Below, in pieces: positions 38,320 to 52,229 of a stretch of DNA of 64,000 nucleotides. Numbering within the stretch: position 1 is the stretch's first letter; the number at the start of each line of letters is the position of its first letter. The notes beneath the pieces are model-generated. The model saw nothing but the letters and a program-made list of their open reading frames with translations. It had not been told where the DNA came from and did no database searches. The position numbers and the translations under genes are program-made. The stretch comes from Azolla caroliniana (Eukaryota; Plantae; Polypodiophyta): positions 21,018,001 through 21,082,000 of the forward strand of contig JBHGNT010000005.1 of NCBI GenBank assembly GCA_043228905.1. Direction: 5' to 3'.

Positions 38320-39036
38320 CTTGTCACATTAAACCAATGCGAGAATTAATGATCAATTTATATTTTAGACATAAGAAAAGAAAAATTGAAAAAATGATTA
38401 TTAAGATGTTTCACATGGTATGTGTAAACATAATACACAAAAGCATATATGTGGGGTTCAAGCTTGGACAAAATTTGATGGGTGGGGTGCCTAAACAAAA
38501 ATATATGCAGTGTGAAGGAATGCTTCCTTCAAATTTTAATAAAGACAAAGGTGACAAACTTACAACATTGTTTATGCATAATAATTTTGTTTTTTGAAGA
38601 AAGGGTGCTTCCCATTAGTTAGGTAAAGTGTCTTTACAGTTTGACATGTACATCAGTAATGTAATCATAACCATTCAACAATTCTATCTACCACATTACC
38701 CTATCTAGCACACTCCTCTCTATTTATCATTGAACTCCTCTACAACTAATACTGATCACGAACAACAAAAAGATATTGTAATCTTCATATATTCCAGGAC
38801 CACCAAGTTATATTAATCATCCTATCGCATGCAAAATCTCAGAAAAATACCATATAACTTCCGGATTGAGCTCCAACATTTGTTATCAGATCACACCATA
38901 GAGCAGTGATTGTCTCCTTTGGTTGAACTTCTTCCCTCAAGAAACATGCTTTGCATTCAGATTTCTAGATGTTCCATACATGATAGAGGCTATGGTGGGC
39001 CAAAGGTCACATAGCCTATTTGAACACCATATCGAC

Positions 39037-39341
39037 ATTTCCCTTGTTGGTTATATAGTGCATTTATTTCACTGCATATAAAACGCTTTCAGTCCACCTA
39101 GGTCTCCCTATATCCAAGCTTTCTTCTTCAATCTCCACCATAGTGCAAATCCCTAAGATATTGAGCCTTCTCACTTTAGACCAAACTTACATCTCCCTTG
39201 TTAGCTATATAGTGCATTTATTTCTCTGCACACAAAACACTTTCAGTTCACCTAGGTCTCCCTATATCCTAGCTTTCTTCTCCAATCTTCACCATAATGC
39301 AAATCCCTAAGATATTGAGCCTTCTCACTTTAGCCCAAACT
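39037..39341. repeat. ~152-bp tandem duplication in TBL intron 1
   Basis: Two colinear copies of ..CCTAGGTCTCCCTATATCC..GATATTGAGCCTTCTCACTTTAG. Confidence 0.85.
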
Positions 39342-40539
39342 TCCTATGCATGCGAGCATTCACATAATGAATGTTCTACAAACTATACTTGAAGACCACA
39401 ACTTACATTTCCCATTAATTCCCCTTTTCTGTAGCCAAGCGCCTACTAGAAGAGATTTGTGGCTACATAACCATAAGAACGCTTTTACTTTTTTTGCAAC
39501 TTTTGTGGCCCATAATTGTTTCTAGTATAGTTTCAGGAAATCGTCATCCAATTCTTCCCTAGTCCACTTGCTAGAAATGCCCTCTCTACTCCATGTTCTT
39601 GCGTTGTAGAATATTGCAACCAAGCTTAGAGAAATATAATTGGAAAAACTGATTAATACCTTTCGGAACTTTTAATCCTAGTTCCATTGAATCCCATGTC
39701 AAGTTCTTGAGGCGTTTTGTTTTTAAGAAAAGGATACACCCTGGTATTATAAAATCATAAAAAATACAAAAGTTGTGTTGGATATACCAACCGATTCCCT
39801 TGTACTCTCATCATGGCCGATTTGATGTGTATCTACAATAACCACACATAGTTTTTTATACATTGATGTTCAATATTCCTTGCTTTCTCCAATCCCTGAG
39901 CTTGGGTTCATGACCCTTGATTTGTGAACTGAAGTTTCCCTAGATCTATGCATTATGGGTAGAAATTTCATTGCATGTTCATCAACATCCATGATATATT
40001 CATGTTCATAGGTTGGAGATTCAGGTTCCCTTATATACAACCACCATCGATATAGAAATCCATGTTAATCTCATAAGTAAATGCATCCATGACATGCTCA
40101 TTGATATAGATATCAATGGTATGTTCATGTTTATGAGTTGTTAAAACCCACCAAATCTATCCACTAATCCATGATCAATATAGGCATTCATAGTATGCTC
40201 ATTAACATAGACTTCCATGGCATGTTCATATTCTTTCTTTCTCCAAGAACCATGTTTTTGAATTTTTTTTCGTCAAGTTCTTGAGGCTTGTACTTCCAAG
40301 ATCCAGATTTTAGAAGTTGCATCATTTTTGTATCTGTCTAGGTCTATTCCCATTGTTTTTTGCATCTAGTAAGCACTCTAATTGGCATCCATTCCTCTAA
40401 TTCTACCATTGTTGTCAAGCTTTCAACATCTTCATTAGCTCGTTTAATTTCACGTATATCTCGTTTAGCATTGAAGTGCCCCAACCATTTAAACCGCCCA
40501 AAGCCACGTTCTAACATAAGAGCTTCACAAGGATACATC

Positions 40540-40970
40540 CCCTTCAAACACAATTTCTAGTCGTTGAATAGTTGGGTTGGATTGATCTGGTCTTCGGGTC
40601 GGCTTCGAGTCGTCTCCGTCTTTGACTACGGATGGCCATCTCACTTTATGATTAATTATATAGAAAAACACGGGGAATTGAATAATGTGGAATGCACATG
40701 CACCATTCAACGTTACGAACAACTCCTTACTCCCTCTCAAGCTCGGTTGATCGGTGGTCGAGAGACCTAGGTTTGTCGTGAATTGCCGCAACTTGTCGAC
40801 TCCTAGGGCCTTCATGAAGATGTCGACCATTTGCAAATTCATACTGATGTGTTGCAGGTCAACATATCTCGGATGAAGCGATAGTACACCTCAATGTGCT
40901 TGGTCTGAGCGTGAAAGACTGGGTTCCTAGCGAAATGAATGTTGTTCATATTGTCGCAGTAGAGGAGAAC
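40540..40970 (-). mobile_element. Copia RNase H 3' relic related to the intron-2 Copia
   Basis: LYCDN..ARNPVFHAQTKHIEVYY..DIFMKALGVDKLRQF..SLRG. Confidence 0.8.
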
Positions 40971-41509
40971 ACAATAAAAAAAACATTGTAATATAGGGAG
41001 ATAAAGAACACATGTGCACCACGTGGCATAACACATGTTTGCCACATACCATTCATGCTAGGCTTTCCCACAACTATATAAGAAAGCCATTGTATCTCTT
41101 ATCATCAAGTGTGAAAAAATCCTTTCCTCCATTTGCTAAGTCTCTTCTCCACCTTATTAATTATATTGTTATTATACATATTTATATATTTATAATCTTA
41201 TTAAATCCGTCTTAGAATCCTCTATGCTTTCATCTACGCATTGAGAGCCATAGTTCTCTACAATCATCTATGCATTAAGAGCTATAGTTCTCTACAATCC
41301 TTGCCTTACCGAACGTGTTATTTCAAAACTTGGTCCCATATTTTCTGATATTAGTACATAGCTTCTTGCAAATTTTACAACACCCACATCTCTATGATCC
41401 ACCTATCCAGTAATCCCATTGTTTTCAATATTTTATCTAGAAACGACTAGTTGATCTTGTCAAAGGCCTTTTCAAAATGTAACATAAGTATAGTTGTTTC
41501 CTGTCGAGT

Positions 41510-42010
41510 TTATTTACCGTTCACACATGCTTCCCCATAGGTGAGAACATTGTCCAATATGCATCTCTCCTCCACGAAACCCAATTGGTTGTCATGTGTT
41601 AATTTTGGCAAATGTGGCTTATGTCCACACACTAGAATTTTTGCATAGATTTTCTGGATCGTATTCAAGACAGTTAGAGGCCTCCATTTTTTGATGTCTA
41701 CAATGACAACGAGATCTTCTGATTTCGGAATTAGATAGATAAGCCCTTTCATGGAAGACTTTGACATCTACCCGGTGTTCCAAAATTTGGCAAATCCCTC
41801 CAGTATTGGTTGACATGATCCCAAAACTTCTCGTAAAACATCCTTCGTAGCCCATCAATACTTGGGCATGCTTCCTTGCTAATATCCCTCAAGGCATCAT
41901 GAATTTTGATTTCAAGAAAATCCAATGATATTAATGATATTCTATCATTCAACATTTTACCTTCAATGTGAAAGAAATCACCTCTTTCACATAGAATGTA
42001 TGACATGGCA
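41510..42010 (-). mobile_element. LINE (L1-type) reverse transcriptase relic
   Basis: ACPSIDGL..FYEKFWD, GLIYLIPK..KWRPLTVLN..KIYAKIL..GFVEERCILDNV. Confidence 0.8.
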
Positions 42011-43096
42011 TGCGAGTTTACTCAGAAGGCACATTCCTATCTATGATATTTATTGCTTGTTGGTCATGTTTCATGACTTCAAGATGCATAACCTATCATG
42101 AATTCCAAGATTGTCCATGACATCATTCCTTAAAATGTCAATCTTGTTCATGTGCCATTTACTCGTTCCATTTGTTGGTTATCATTGCCTCTCACAGATG
42201 TATGATGGCCATCACAATTCCTCCCCACATATTCTTGAAGCTCATTTTCTATTATTCCTTGATGTTCTCGATAGAGTTCAATAACACATGTCAAGCATAC
42301 TTAAGGATCTACTATCATCATAATTGTATATGCATTCAACATTCCTCTTGAATGGCTGATGTTTTCTTTATGTATTGAACACCACGAAGGTGCAATCTAC
42401 ATGTAGTTAGAAATGGTGAAGGGGGAACAGTTTGACTACCTTGTATATATTAGCGTGATGATGAGTCATAACATGTAGGTTTTGCTACTAATAGGTACTT
42501 GATAATATCAAAAAGTGTTACAACCTACAATACCAAATGGTGGAAATAACCTTAGAATGCCCAAAAACTAAACTAGTATTAGATTCCTCTATGGAGTCCA
42601 CAATCGCATTGTCTATGATATACATCATAGAAGATCTAAACTTGATGACCTATACCATGAAGGAAGACAAAATGAGAAGGGTGAAATTCATTGACCATCC
42701 GAGTGTGAAATTTGAGTCATCAAATTTAGGTGGGAACGCACTAAACAAGGGCCATGGATTGAGGGGAAATTTCAAAAATTCTTACCTATAAGTACAAGAA
42801 TAAATGTAACTCTTAGTCGTTTGGATTGATATTATTTCCTGCCCTTCTTCGTATGGAAAATAAAATGTTTAGTAGACTCTAAGCTAGCCATGTTTCCCAC
42901 CCTTCTTGGTGTGGATTAAAAAGCTCTTTAAGCTATCCATATATCCCACCCTTCTTGGTATCGATTAAAAGGCTTTAAGCTAACCATATTAGTAAGGTTT
43001 AAATATGAATGATTTTAGTTAGTTCAAGTTAATACATAAGTGAATTGATGTAAAAGTGAAAGAATTTGATATATATGTATGCATATGAATACATAC

Positions 43097-43515
43097 CTAG
43101 GAATATTACATTTAGCGGGTTGCCATCTCCACCTCATGTAGTCTTCATCAGGTCTTCCATTCTCTTGGCATCGGAAGGCTTCATCGATAAAAGGGCAATG
43201 TTGAGATCTGTAGAGGGGATGACTATTCCCATCATGAACCCATGACCCATCGAGAAGATCACACCCATGGGTATCATAATTCATATCCCTAATCTTAGTC
43301 ATCAAGTGGTTGGTCCCTAATCGTTGTTGTAGGCGTGAGAGATTAGACCAAAACATTGATGTTGTGTAATTAGAGGTGATGGAAACATGATTAAGCAAAG
43401 GTTCTAGATCAATGGATGTGAAGCAAAAGAAGAGTATTAGGAAAGATCCAATGAGGAACTTGTAAACTCGATTTAGGTGAGAGATTCTCTTACAAACACT
43501 AATGACTTGATCCAT
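43097..43515 (-). CDS. TBL: TBL exon 1 (N-terminal TM helix and PMR5N domain); joined CDS is 1287 nt, 428 aa, most like the TBL10/TBL11 group
   Basis: Hydrophobic FLIGSFLILFFCF; CDLLDGSWV...CPFIDEAFRCQENGRPD...WRWQP; GTATGT donor. All four exons join in frame without stops. Subfamily placement is by recollection only. Confidence 0.93.
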
Positions 43516-44571
43516 TACATAAATGTAATAGAATAAAGGGATGGTATATATATACTTAGCACAAAAGTTTGGTTAATTAAGATGATAGCATTAGAGATTG
43601 GTGTAAATTATGACCATAAATAATAATTAGTGGGAAGATGATAGTTACAAGAAGGTTTGAGTCACTTATCATTAGTCATAAGGTTCATATATTATAAAAA
43701 TAAAAGAAGGTTTGTGTCATTATTTATTTATCCTAAGCTTAATGTGATAATGTGTATCCTCATGGGCAGTCATCGTATATGCAGTTTGGGACGTGCATCT
43801 TCATGATTGTAAATCTTGTCCCACTACTATTTCATTATCATTTAAACATTTGATACTAAACCAATTTTTTAAGCATGTGATCATGTGCACAAAGTCATGG
43901 GGGCCTCCTTTCTTCTTCTCGTTATTTCTAATCTTTCTCAAATCTCTCTCTCTCTCTCTAAAGTTCTTGATCATAGAGAGTCGGTACTCACTTTTATATG
44001 TAGTACGTGAAGATGTTATATTTTTTGTCTCATAGGTTATATTTGACTTTAGAACATAGTAATAAAATCTATCTATTTGTCTATCTCTCTTTGAGAAATG
44101 AAATTTGATCCTCACCATGGATTAGATCCTTTTACATGGAGCAAAGTTGGTCTTCCATGGACATTGACCTATCTATCTCAAACAAGAATCCATGTGGCCA
44201 ACTACTATATGGTGCTCGGAAAATGCTTGTAGCATGTGATTTCTTTAGACCCTATCAAATATGTATTTCTTTTTAGAAGTATATAGTTAGATTTGTAGAA
44301 ATCTAAAAAGTTTGTCAATATTAGTTATGGTAAACTCTTCTTAGGAATCTTTACACTTTGTACCTCAATTCTCTTAAACATTAAAATAGACTATCAAAAC
44401 TTGATCCACAAGGAAACAAGATAAATTGTACTATGTATTAGAATTTGGCACTTTAATCTATCCAATTATAAGTTACAATAATTTTACATCTCAATTACTA
44501 TTTGTAAAACACACATAGTGATTTTTGCGTTAAGATTAGATGCATGATTCAAGAGGATTGTTTGCCATTTT

Positions 44572-45025
44572 CAAAGGATTCAACAAGGGGCTCCAATAAA
44601 TTACTTCTAAATTTTTTTACAATTGACTAAGGAAATTCTACTCAATTGAATTGAATGTACATTGAAATGCCTCTTGTAAATATTGTAATTAATTTGACAT
44701 GAATACAATATAGTCTCTTGAATCAAATACCATCTCTTGGTAAAATGTGCTTAAAAAAAACGTACGGGGCCCTTCCCAATCCAATCAATAACAAGCACAA
44801 ATAGCCATGTTCAAAGATTCAACAAGGGCCTCTAATGAAGTACTTTTAACATTTTTTAGATTTGACAGAGAAAATTCTACTCAATTGAATTAAATGCCTC
44901 TTGTAAATATTGTAATTACTTTGATATGAATATGATATAGTCTCTTGAATCAAATATCATCTCTTGGTAAAATGTGGTTAAAAAGACATACAAAGCCCTT
45001 CCCAATCGTATCAATAACAAGCAAC
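44572..45025. repeat. ~240-bp degenerate tandem duplication upstream of TBL
   Basis: GATTCAACAAGGG..AAATTCTACTCAATTGAAT..ATAGTCTCTTGAATCAAATA occurs twice. Confidence 0.8.
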
Positions 45026-45252
45026 AAATGTAAGAGAAACAATATACTAGGACAATGATCATTAAAAATAAGTGCATATACTATTATATGTTCATTAATA
45101 TATAGATCTACTATTAGGAAATGTTTCTGAAAAACACTTTCGAAATGGATGACGATTTTATGCTCTGCGTGGACAACAACGATAAAAAACTTGACAAAAT
45201 TGAAATGCATTAAAGATACTTATTTAAAATAGAAAACCCAACCCTAAAAGGT

Positions 45253-47520
45253 TGTTGGAAGTGTATGTGTAGATAAATGCGGAAGAGTGTATGAAGACCT
45301 ACAAGATAAAATGTGTACAACAAAGAACACTAATATGCAACAAGAAGAGGAAGAAAGATAGACGATGGACACAAATTAAGCTTCAATGGAAGTTCCCTTT
45401 TATTCTCTTCTCTGTAAGTCTTTTCTCTCCAAGACCCTCTTTACAATGTTAGGGTTGGGCTTATATACTCAAGCCCTAACTTAAGAGCATGTTCACACTT
45501 AGGATACAAAGTGGAAGGAGTCAGCCTTTAATGCCAACAAACTCCTACATAAAAGGGCTACTCTTTCCTATGTATAACTTCAACACGTTTTCCAATGAGC
45601 TTTCTCTCCTCATTTGTTGAAGGAGAGTCCTTGTCTGATAGTCGGATTGACATCGGAAGTAGCGTTGATGATGGCTTCGCGTTCTCCATGTTGAAGCGCT
45701 TCAACACCTTTTGTATGTAGTCGGGTAGCATATCTTTCCAATGAGCTTTCTCTCCTCATCTGTCAAAGGAGAGTCTTTGTCCGATAGTCGAATTGACGTC
45801 GGAAGTAGAGCTGATTATGGCTTCACGTTCTCCACGTTGAAGCGCTTCAACACCTTATGTATGTAGTCGGACTAGGAGAGTTGGAGGGTCTTTGTTATCT
45901 GATTTCACTCTATCCGCATGCCCACTATGTGTTGGGCTTGCTCAAGTTCCTTCATCGCAAATTTATCATGAAGGCTCCGCTTTAGTTCTCCGATCTCTGA
46001 TCAATTGCTCCCTGCAATAAGCATGTCGTCGACATAAAGGATCAGATAGATCTGGGACTCGTCAACTAGTTGTAGTTGAATTCTCCATCGGTTCCATGCC
46101 CAAGAAATATGCATTTTGTTTGGTCCTTTTGTCTTGGGGTATGAAGGCATAGGCTTCGCATTCAAATATGCGGCGGAGTCTGTTGTAGGTCGGTTGTTTG
46201 CCTGACCATAGTGCCTGTGGCACTTCGAGCTGTACTACGCTCGACGGTGATAGATTTATCAAATAAACGATCGTCTGTAGTGCCTTGGCCAAGAATTCCA
46301 GCTTTAGTCCAGAGTGGTGGAGCATTGTCGTCACTCTCTCTTGGATCGTCCGGTTGATCCGTTCCGTCACGCCATTTTGCATGGGATTATAGGGAACTGT
46401 CTTTTGATGTTGGATCCCTTTGTTGTACAGGTACTACTTGAAGGCTGTTGTGGTATATTTACCTCCATTGTCGGATCAGAGTGTCTTTACTCTATATCCC
46501 AATCGATTCTCTAGTTCGGCTATCCACAAAGTGAAGACCTCGAGCGCTTCATCTTTCGACCTAATCGAGTAGGCCCAAACCTTCCATGTACAGTCATCTA
46601 CAAATGTGGTGAAGTATTGGGAGCCTCCCAGTGACCTTTCGGGCATCAATCCACATATATATGTGTGGACCAGTTCTAGGGGCAGACTTCGGGTCTATTT
46701 CCCATAATGACAATGCTCACAAAAGTCCATCTTTATCTGAAGCTTCAAGATGTAGCCAATCGTCATAAGTCGGTCCAGTCTGACTTGTGGCATATGGCTA
46801 AGTTGGCTATGCCATAGGTTTGAGTCCCAAAATTCGGCTATGTTCACGGCCCCTTCTAAACTGATCGCCATCAACGGATACAAGTTGTTGCGCTTGTATC
46901 TGCAACCAATTTTCATATTCCCTCGACTGATCGTCCATTATGACTCACTAGGGGTCGTTCGGTACTCGTCTTCGGGTAACATTTCGATGTAGACTAAACT
47001 CCTTTTGAGATCAAGTACATGCCGAACTTGGTTCAGGGTGATAGTATTGCCATTCAACAATTCAATGGGGACCTCTCCGATTCCTACGATTGTGCACTCC
47101 TGCCTGTTGCCTAGTCAGATTGTACTATCGGCTCCGGTCGAATAATTCTAAAACCATCGATATTTGGGGTCATGTGAGATGTGGCAATAGAGTCTAGTAG
47201 CCACGTTCGCGCATCTTGTGTGCTATGGAGGACTTCACTAGTCATTGATTACTCTAGGTAGAGGATTTCTCCCGACCGAGCTTTGGCAACATTGATTTGG
47301 TTGCTCGTGGGAGAACGGTTCGAATCGGATTGTCCTTGTGTCCAATCAAATCACCAACCATTCTCCTTTCTCTTTATGGACGAGCAATTAGAAACTTTGT
47401 GACTAGTCTTTCTGCAGTGAGTGCAGAAATCACTTTATCAACTATTCCTCGACTTCAACCATTGTCGGTCTTCCCTCATCCTCAGTCAACTGGTTTTTCG
47501 ACCGGGTCTCTCCAGTTACA
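45253..47520 (-). mobile_element. Deleted Copia relic (probable LTR 45253-45585; PR, IN and RT pieces)
   Basis: CEHCHYGK, QNGVTERINRTI and ILYVDDMLI motifs. Large IN-RT deletion at ~46062; internal ~150-bp duplication. Confidence 0.8.
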
Positions 47521-47534
47521 GCGTCTATGTGCAT

Positions 47535-47555
47535 GTGTGTGTGCATGTTATGTGT

Positions 47556-47617
<62 letters not shown>

Positions 47618-47622
47618 TGTGT
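47535..47622. repeat. (GT)n microsatellite
   Basis: Directly visible. Confidence 0.95.
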
Positions 47623-48082
47623 ACAAGTCATCAATTTTGATTCTCGATTAAAGAAAATAAACTTTCCTACTTAACCCAATTATCCATTTCCTTTTCTAGA
47701 TTCATTCATTCTGCCTTCTTTAATTCATTCATTCTTAAATTTCACATTCTTTCTTTCTCTCCCTCCCTCCCTCTCTTTTTGTGCATGTAGTTTATTCTCT
47801 TTTTTTTGCAGCCTACACTTTGTCCATTTCTCCTCCTCTCTGTTTTCCTGTCTCATCCATCTTTACTACGGTTCCTCAAACCTACCGCCACTAGGAAGAG
47901 ACCGCAAGGAAAAATCTCATCGCATCCAAGGAAGTTCATTAGAAAGGCCTAGCACAAAGGCGAAAACTGAAGGTAATATGGAATCGGGAAAGAAACGACA
48001 TTCAAGAAGAGTATGTTGAAACCAAAAATATTTCTGGTCAATTATATCACATAAATTTATCACATTTCTTATCAAGAAACAT

Positions 48083-48705
48083 TGTTATAGTGTGCTTCGT
48101 ACAATATGCGAAATGCGTACAGAGTACCCGATTGAATAAGTATAAAGAAATAGAAAAAATATTAAAATATATGTTACATGCATAGCGCAAGTTTCAAAAC
48201 CTATACCTCCATCTTAACAATTTCAAACCTATACCTTCCTAACACATCATGTGTTAAAAAATAAATTTTGGATGCACAAAATGTTATCCTCACGCATATT
48301 TTCTAGGAAAAAAACTACTCATGCACATTTAGCGTGCATGAACACTATAGTTAGGAAAAGCATAATAGAAAAAAGCTACTCATGCACATCTAATGTGCAT
48401 GAACACTTTAGTTAGAAGAAAAAGCATGAAGTCTATGGTTAGAAAAAGCATGGATTGCTATGTGGTAAGTGATACTTAACCTCTCCCATCACTATATAAG
48501 GATGGGAGCAAAATGTATTGGGTGTTAAATTTTTGGGAATTTATTAGGTGTTCAAAAGGGTTGATTAATATAATACACTATACTCGTGGAATTAACTAGT
48601 TTTCTATATCTCTCTCTTTCTATCTTAAATTTCTCCTCCTCCTAGTCCAAACATTGGTGGTTCTCACTCAACTCACGCAACGATCTAGCGTCAAAAGGCA
48701 CGACA
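48083..48705 (+). mobile_element. Diverged solo LTR of the G3 family
   Basis: Reverse complement of 19569-20325. TGTTATAG...CACGACA termini. Flanks ACAT/ACTT (4 bp, one mismatch). Confidence 0.78.
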
Positions 48706-49194
48706 ACTTATGATTAGAGCACAAAAGGAAAAAAAATCAGGAAACCCTAAAAATGTTCAAAAAACTCTAAATTTTTTCAGCAAACCCCTAAGTGCGCACT
48801 TTGCCCATGCGTTCAAGGTTTGTACATACATACATATATGTATATGTATGGAAATATAATCATAATAATTAAAGGTGAATTGCCATAATCTTCAACCCTC
48901 CCACTCCTATTTTCTTCGTCATAGCACATTCTAATGATTAACGTTTATTACCACTATCGTGATCATTCACCTCAAACCTTTGTATGCCCTATATTATACA
49001 TGGGATTTTCCTTCTAAATCTAACATATTCAGCCTAAAAATAGGCTCCTGTTGTCTTAATATTGTGTAACCCCTCTTTAATACTATGTTGGTATGTTAAT
49101 CTCTTGTTTCAAGTTTAATCTCGTACATTAATCGTTGATCTACTTGTGAAAGCAAGTGGGGAAGGAGAGGAACACATAACATCTTTTAGTTCAA

Positions 49195-49995
49195 GATAGC
49201 TTTCAACTCCTACAAGCGTCCAACTTTGGGCAGCCTTCAACTTTGGGGAGCCTTCGATTGCTACCAACCTTCAACTCTAGGGATATTTTGACTCTAGAGA
49301 GGTTTTGACTCTAGAGCACCTTAGACTCAAAGAATCATTTGACTCTGGGCCTTCGAATCTAGCATGCCTTCAAATCGTATGAGCTTTGGATTGTGAAGAT
49401 CTTTGGATTGTAAAGAGCTTTGAACTTTAATAAGCTTTGGACTCTACCAGCTTTGGAGTTTGAAGAGCTCTTTCGAGTCTAGCGAGTACTCAAGTCTAAG
49501 GAACTTTCGACTCCAACGAGCATTTGACTCTACTGACCATCCGCCCACACTATCTTCGCCCTTGTGTACTCCCTACAAACATTCAACTCCTATGGGTATT
49601 TGACTCCTACAAGCGTCCAACTTTGGGGAGCTTTCAACTCTAAGAGCTATCGACTCTAGAAAGTGTTCAATTCTAGGGAGCTTTCGACTCCTAATAGCCT
49701 TCGACTCTACGGATCTTTTGACACTAGAGAGGTATTGACTATAGAGAACCTTTGACTCTAGTGATCTTTCGACTCTAAAGACGTTTCCACTCTAGAGAGC
49801 TTTCGACTCTAGAGAGGCTTCGAATCCTATGTGCTTTGGACTCTAAAGAGTGTTGGACTCTAACAAACTTTCGAGTATATAGAGCTTTCAGCGCCAAAGA
49901 GCTTTCGAGGCTAGCGAGTGTTCCACTCTAGAGAGCTTTAGACTCCAACAAGCTTTCAACTCTTGTGACTTTCCGACTCCTGAGATCCTTTGAGT
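49195..49995. repeat. Degenerate 17-bp minisatellite, consensus ~CTCTAGAGAGCTTTCGA
   Basis: CTC(T) recurs every 17 bp (49790, 49807, 49841, 49858 ...). The same unit occurs at 54793-54849. Confidence 0.85.
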
Positions 49996-49999
49996 CCCC

Positions 50000-51835
50000 A
50001 TACATCCATGCCCTCTTATTCCTTGTGTCCTGTTTAGTCCAAGATCATGTGTTCCTACTTAAGTAGCACACACATGTGCATTTATGTGGCATAATTTGGT
50101 AAACATGACATTAAAGAGTAGCAAGGGAGGATGACAACGACCCACCAAAGTGCCACACATAATTTCCTAGATTTTCGAGCATCATTTCACTCAACTCTCG
50201 AGGCATGATCAAAGATTGGTGGGGTTGGATAAGATCCTAATGCTCATGATGTGGATCAATGGAAAGGAAAGCCCGATGGCCTCTGGCTCTGATACCAACT
50301 ATTGGAAACTAAGTCGTCAAGTAAAGCATGTACAACAAAGAACTGTATGCTAATAGACTACAAATTCATGAGAAGAGAAAACTTGCACCAAAAGGAGAGA
50401 GTGAGAGAGAACAACAGAGAGGCCCAACAAGATACAACTGTTATTCAAGAATGGCAGTTACAATAATAGGACATTATACTAATAGACTACAAGTTCATGA
50501 GAAGAGACAGAGAACATAAATGTAACAGAGACAACTTGCACCAAAAGGAGAGAGTGAGAGAGAACAACAGAGAGGCACAACAAGATACAACTATGTTATT
50601 CCAGAATGGCAGTTACAACAATAGAACTGTATGCTAATAGACTACAAGTTCATGAGAAGAGACAGAGAACAGAGATGTAACGGAGACAACTTGCACCAAA
50701 AGGAGAGAGTGAGAGAGAACAACAGAGAGGCACAATAATATACAATTGTATTATTCAAGAATGGCAGTTACAACAACAACGGCAACATCAAGTTCAAACT
50801 TGGTTATATACTAACCAAGTTAGGGCAACTACCCTTTGTGCTATTTACTAAAATAGCCTATACTACTTTGTACAATGGGATAATGTGAATGCATCCATTA
50901 TATCACCATATTCGACACTCCCCCATAATGGGCGTAATATAAAAGAATTTGTAAATGAATAAAGAAGAATATATATATACAACAAAGAGATGATAATATG
51001 TTATACTCCTGAATCGACCGAATTTTGCACTCCCATATACTCCTGAATTGACCGAGCCGAAATCATCTCTGGGCCAAATATCATCGTTGTGCCCAAATCA
51101 ACTAGGTCAAAAGCATAACTACACTCATTTTTGCAACCAAATCAACCAAATTTAGTCACCCAAAAGACACTTCGTCATCCCATCTACAACATTGTCGGCT
51201 ATAAAGATCTTCTCTAAGCTGACCATTCCTTTAATCATGCAATCCTGAACGAAATGATATCAAACTTTGATATTCTTTGAGGCGTTGTGGTGTACCAAAT
51301 TCTTTGTGAAAGCTAATGCCCCTTGACTGTTACTAAAGACGACTTGAGCCGAATTTGGGTCGGCTTGCCGAAATGTGCAGGCTAGTTGACTGAGCCATAG
51401 TGTTTCTTTAGCCGCATCGGACACGACGACATATTCGACTTTGTTCATTGAAGTAGCCATGCAATCCAGGAGTTTTGACCTCCACGAGATAGCTCCATGC
51501 CCGAATTGGAGGAAACATGCAGATGTGGACTTTCAGTTGTCTAGGCAGCCGACAAAGTCCGAGTTGGCATAGCCGACTTAGCTAGAAGTTTTGTTCAGTT
51601 TAAAAAGGATGCCAAGGTCTTGTGTGCCTACTAAATATCTAAAGGCATGCTTCACTACAGTCCAAGTGTGGTCGGTCAAGATTGTGCATGAATCTAATTA
51701 CGACTCCTACCGCATGTGCTATGTATGGTCATGTTGCAACCATAGCATACATTAGAGAGCCAACAATCGGTATATACGGTACCGAATTCATATGATTCCC
51801 CTCTGGACTAAATGTTGGACAGTCTCTCTAAGACA
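50000..51835 (-). mobile_element. Copia relic: RT/RH end, PPT, LTR (50300-50917, with ~155-bp x3 repeat), PBS-Met; left boundary approximate
   Basis: RH-like ATSMNKVEYVV..AKETLWL..KNLVHHNASKNI. CTCCCCC at 50918-50924. GCTCTGATACCA at 50286-50297. Confidence 0.75.
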
Positions 51836-51850
51836 ACTAAAGTTGTTTCA

Positions 51851-52089
51851 ATTCCTAGGATTAAAAGTAATCCTTCCTTCTTTACACTATCCTTTAACAG
51901 TCACAGTTTATCCATGTGTATAGAATACTATGGTACAAACTTACCACGAGATAATTTATGTTCATGCCCATAACATAAAAGTAATCCTCCCTTCTTTACA
52001 CTCTCTTTTAACCCTTACACTTTATCCACGTGTATAGAATACTATGGTACAAACTTACCACAGAATAATTTATGGTCATGCCCATAACG
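51851..52089 (-). repeat. Two tandem copies of the first ~115 bp of a G1-family LTR
   Basis: The reverse complement TGTTATGGGCATGA..AGTATTCTATACAC..GGATTACTTTTA matches 15720-15835. Confidence 0.8.
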
Positions 52090-52229
52090 TAAATAAAGGC
52101 ATATTGTACTACCACAACCAATTTGGTTAAACGCCAAGACTCTAAGTTGTTCATATCCTCGTACTTCCTTTCTTATGATATACCTCCTCTCTCTCTCTCT
52201 CATGATTCTCTCACATTTTCTCTATACTC

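Noticed and set aside
49195-49995. 17-bp array as CRISPR
   Set aside because: It is a degenerate head-to-tail minisatellite with no spacers or cas genes, in a eukaryotic context.
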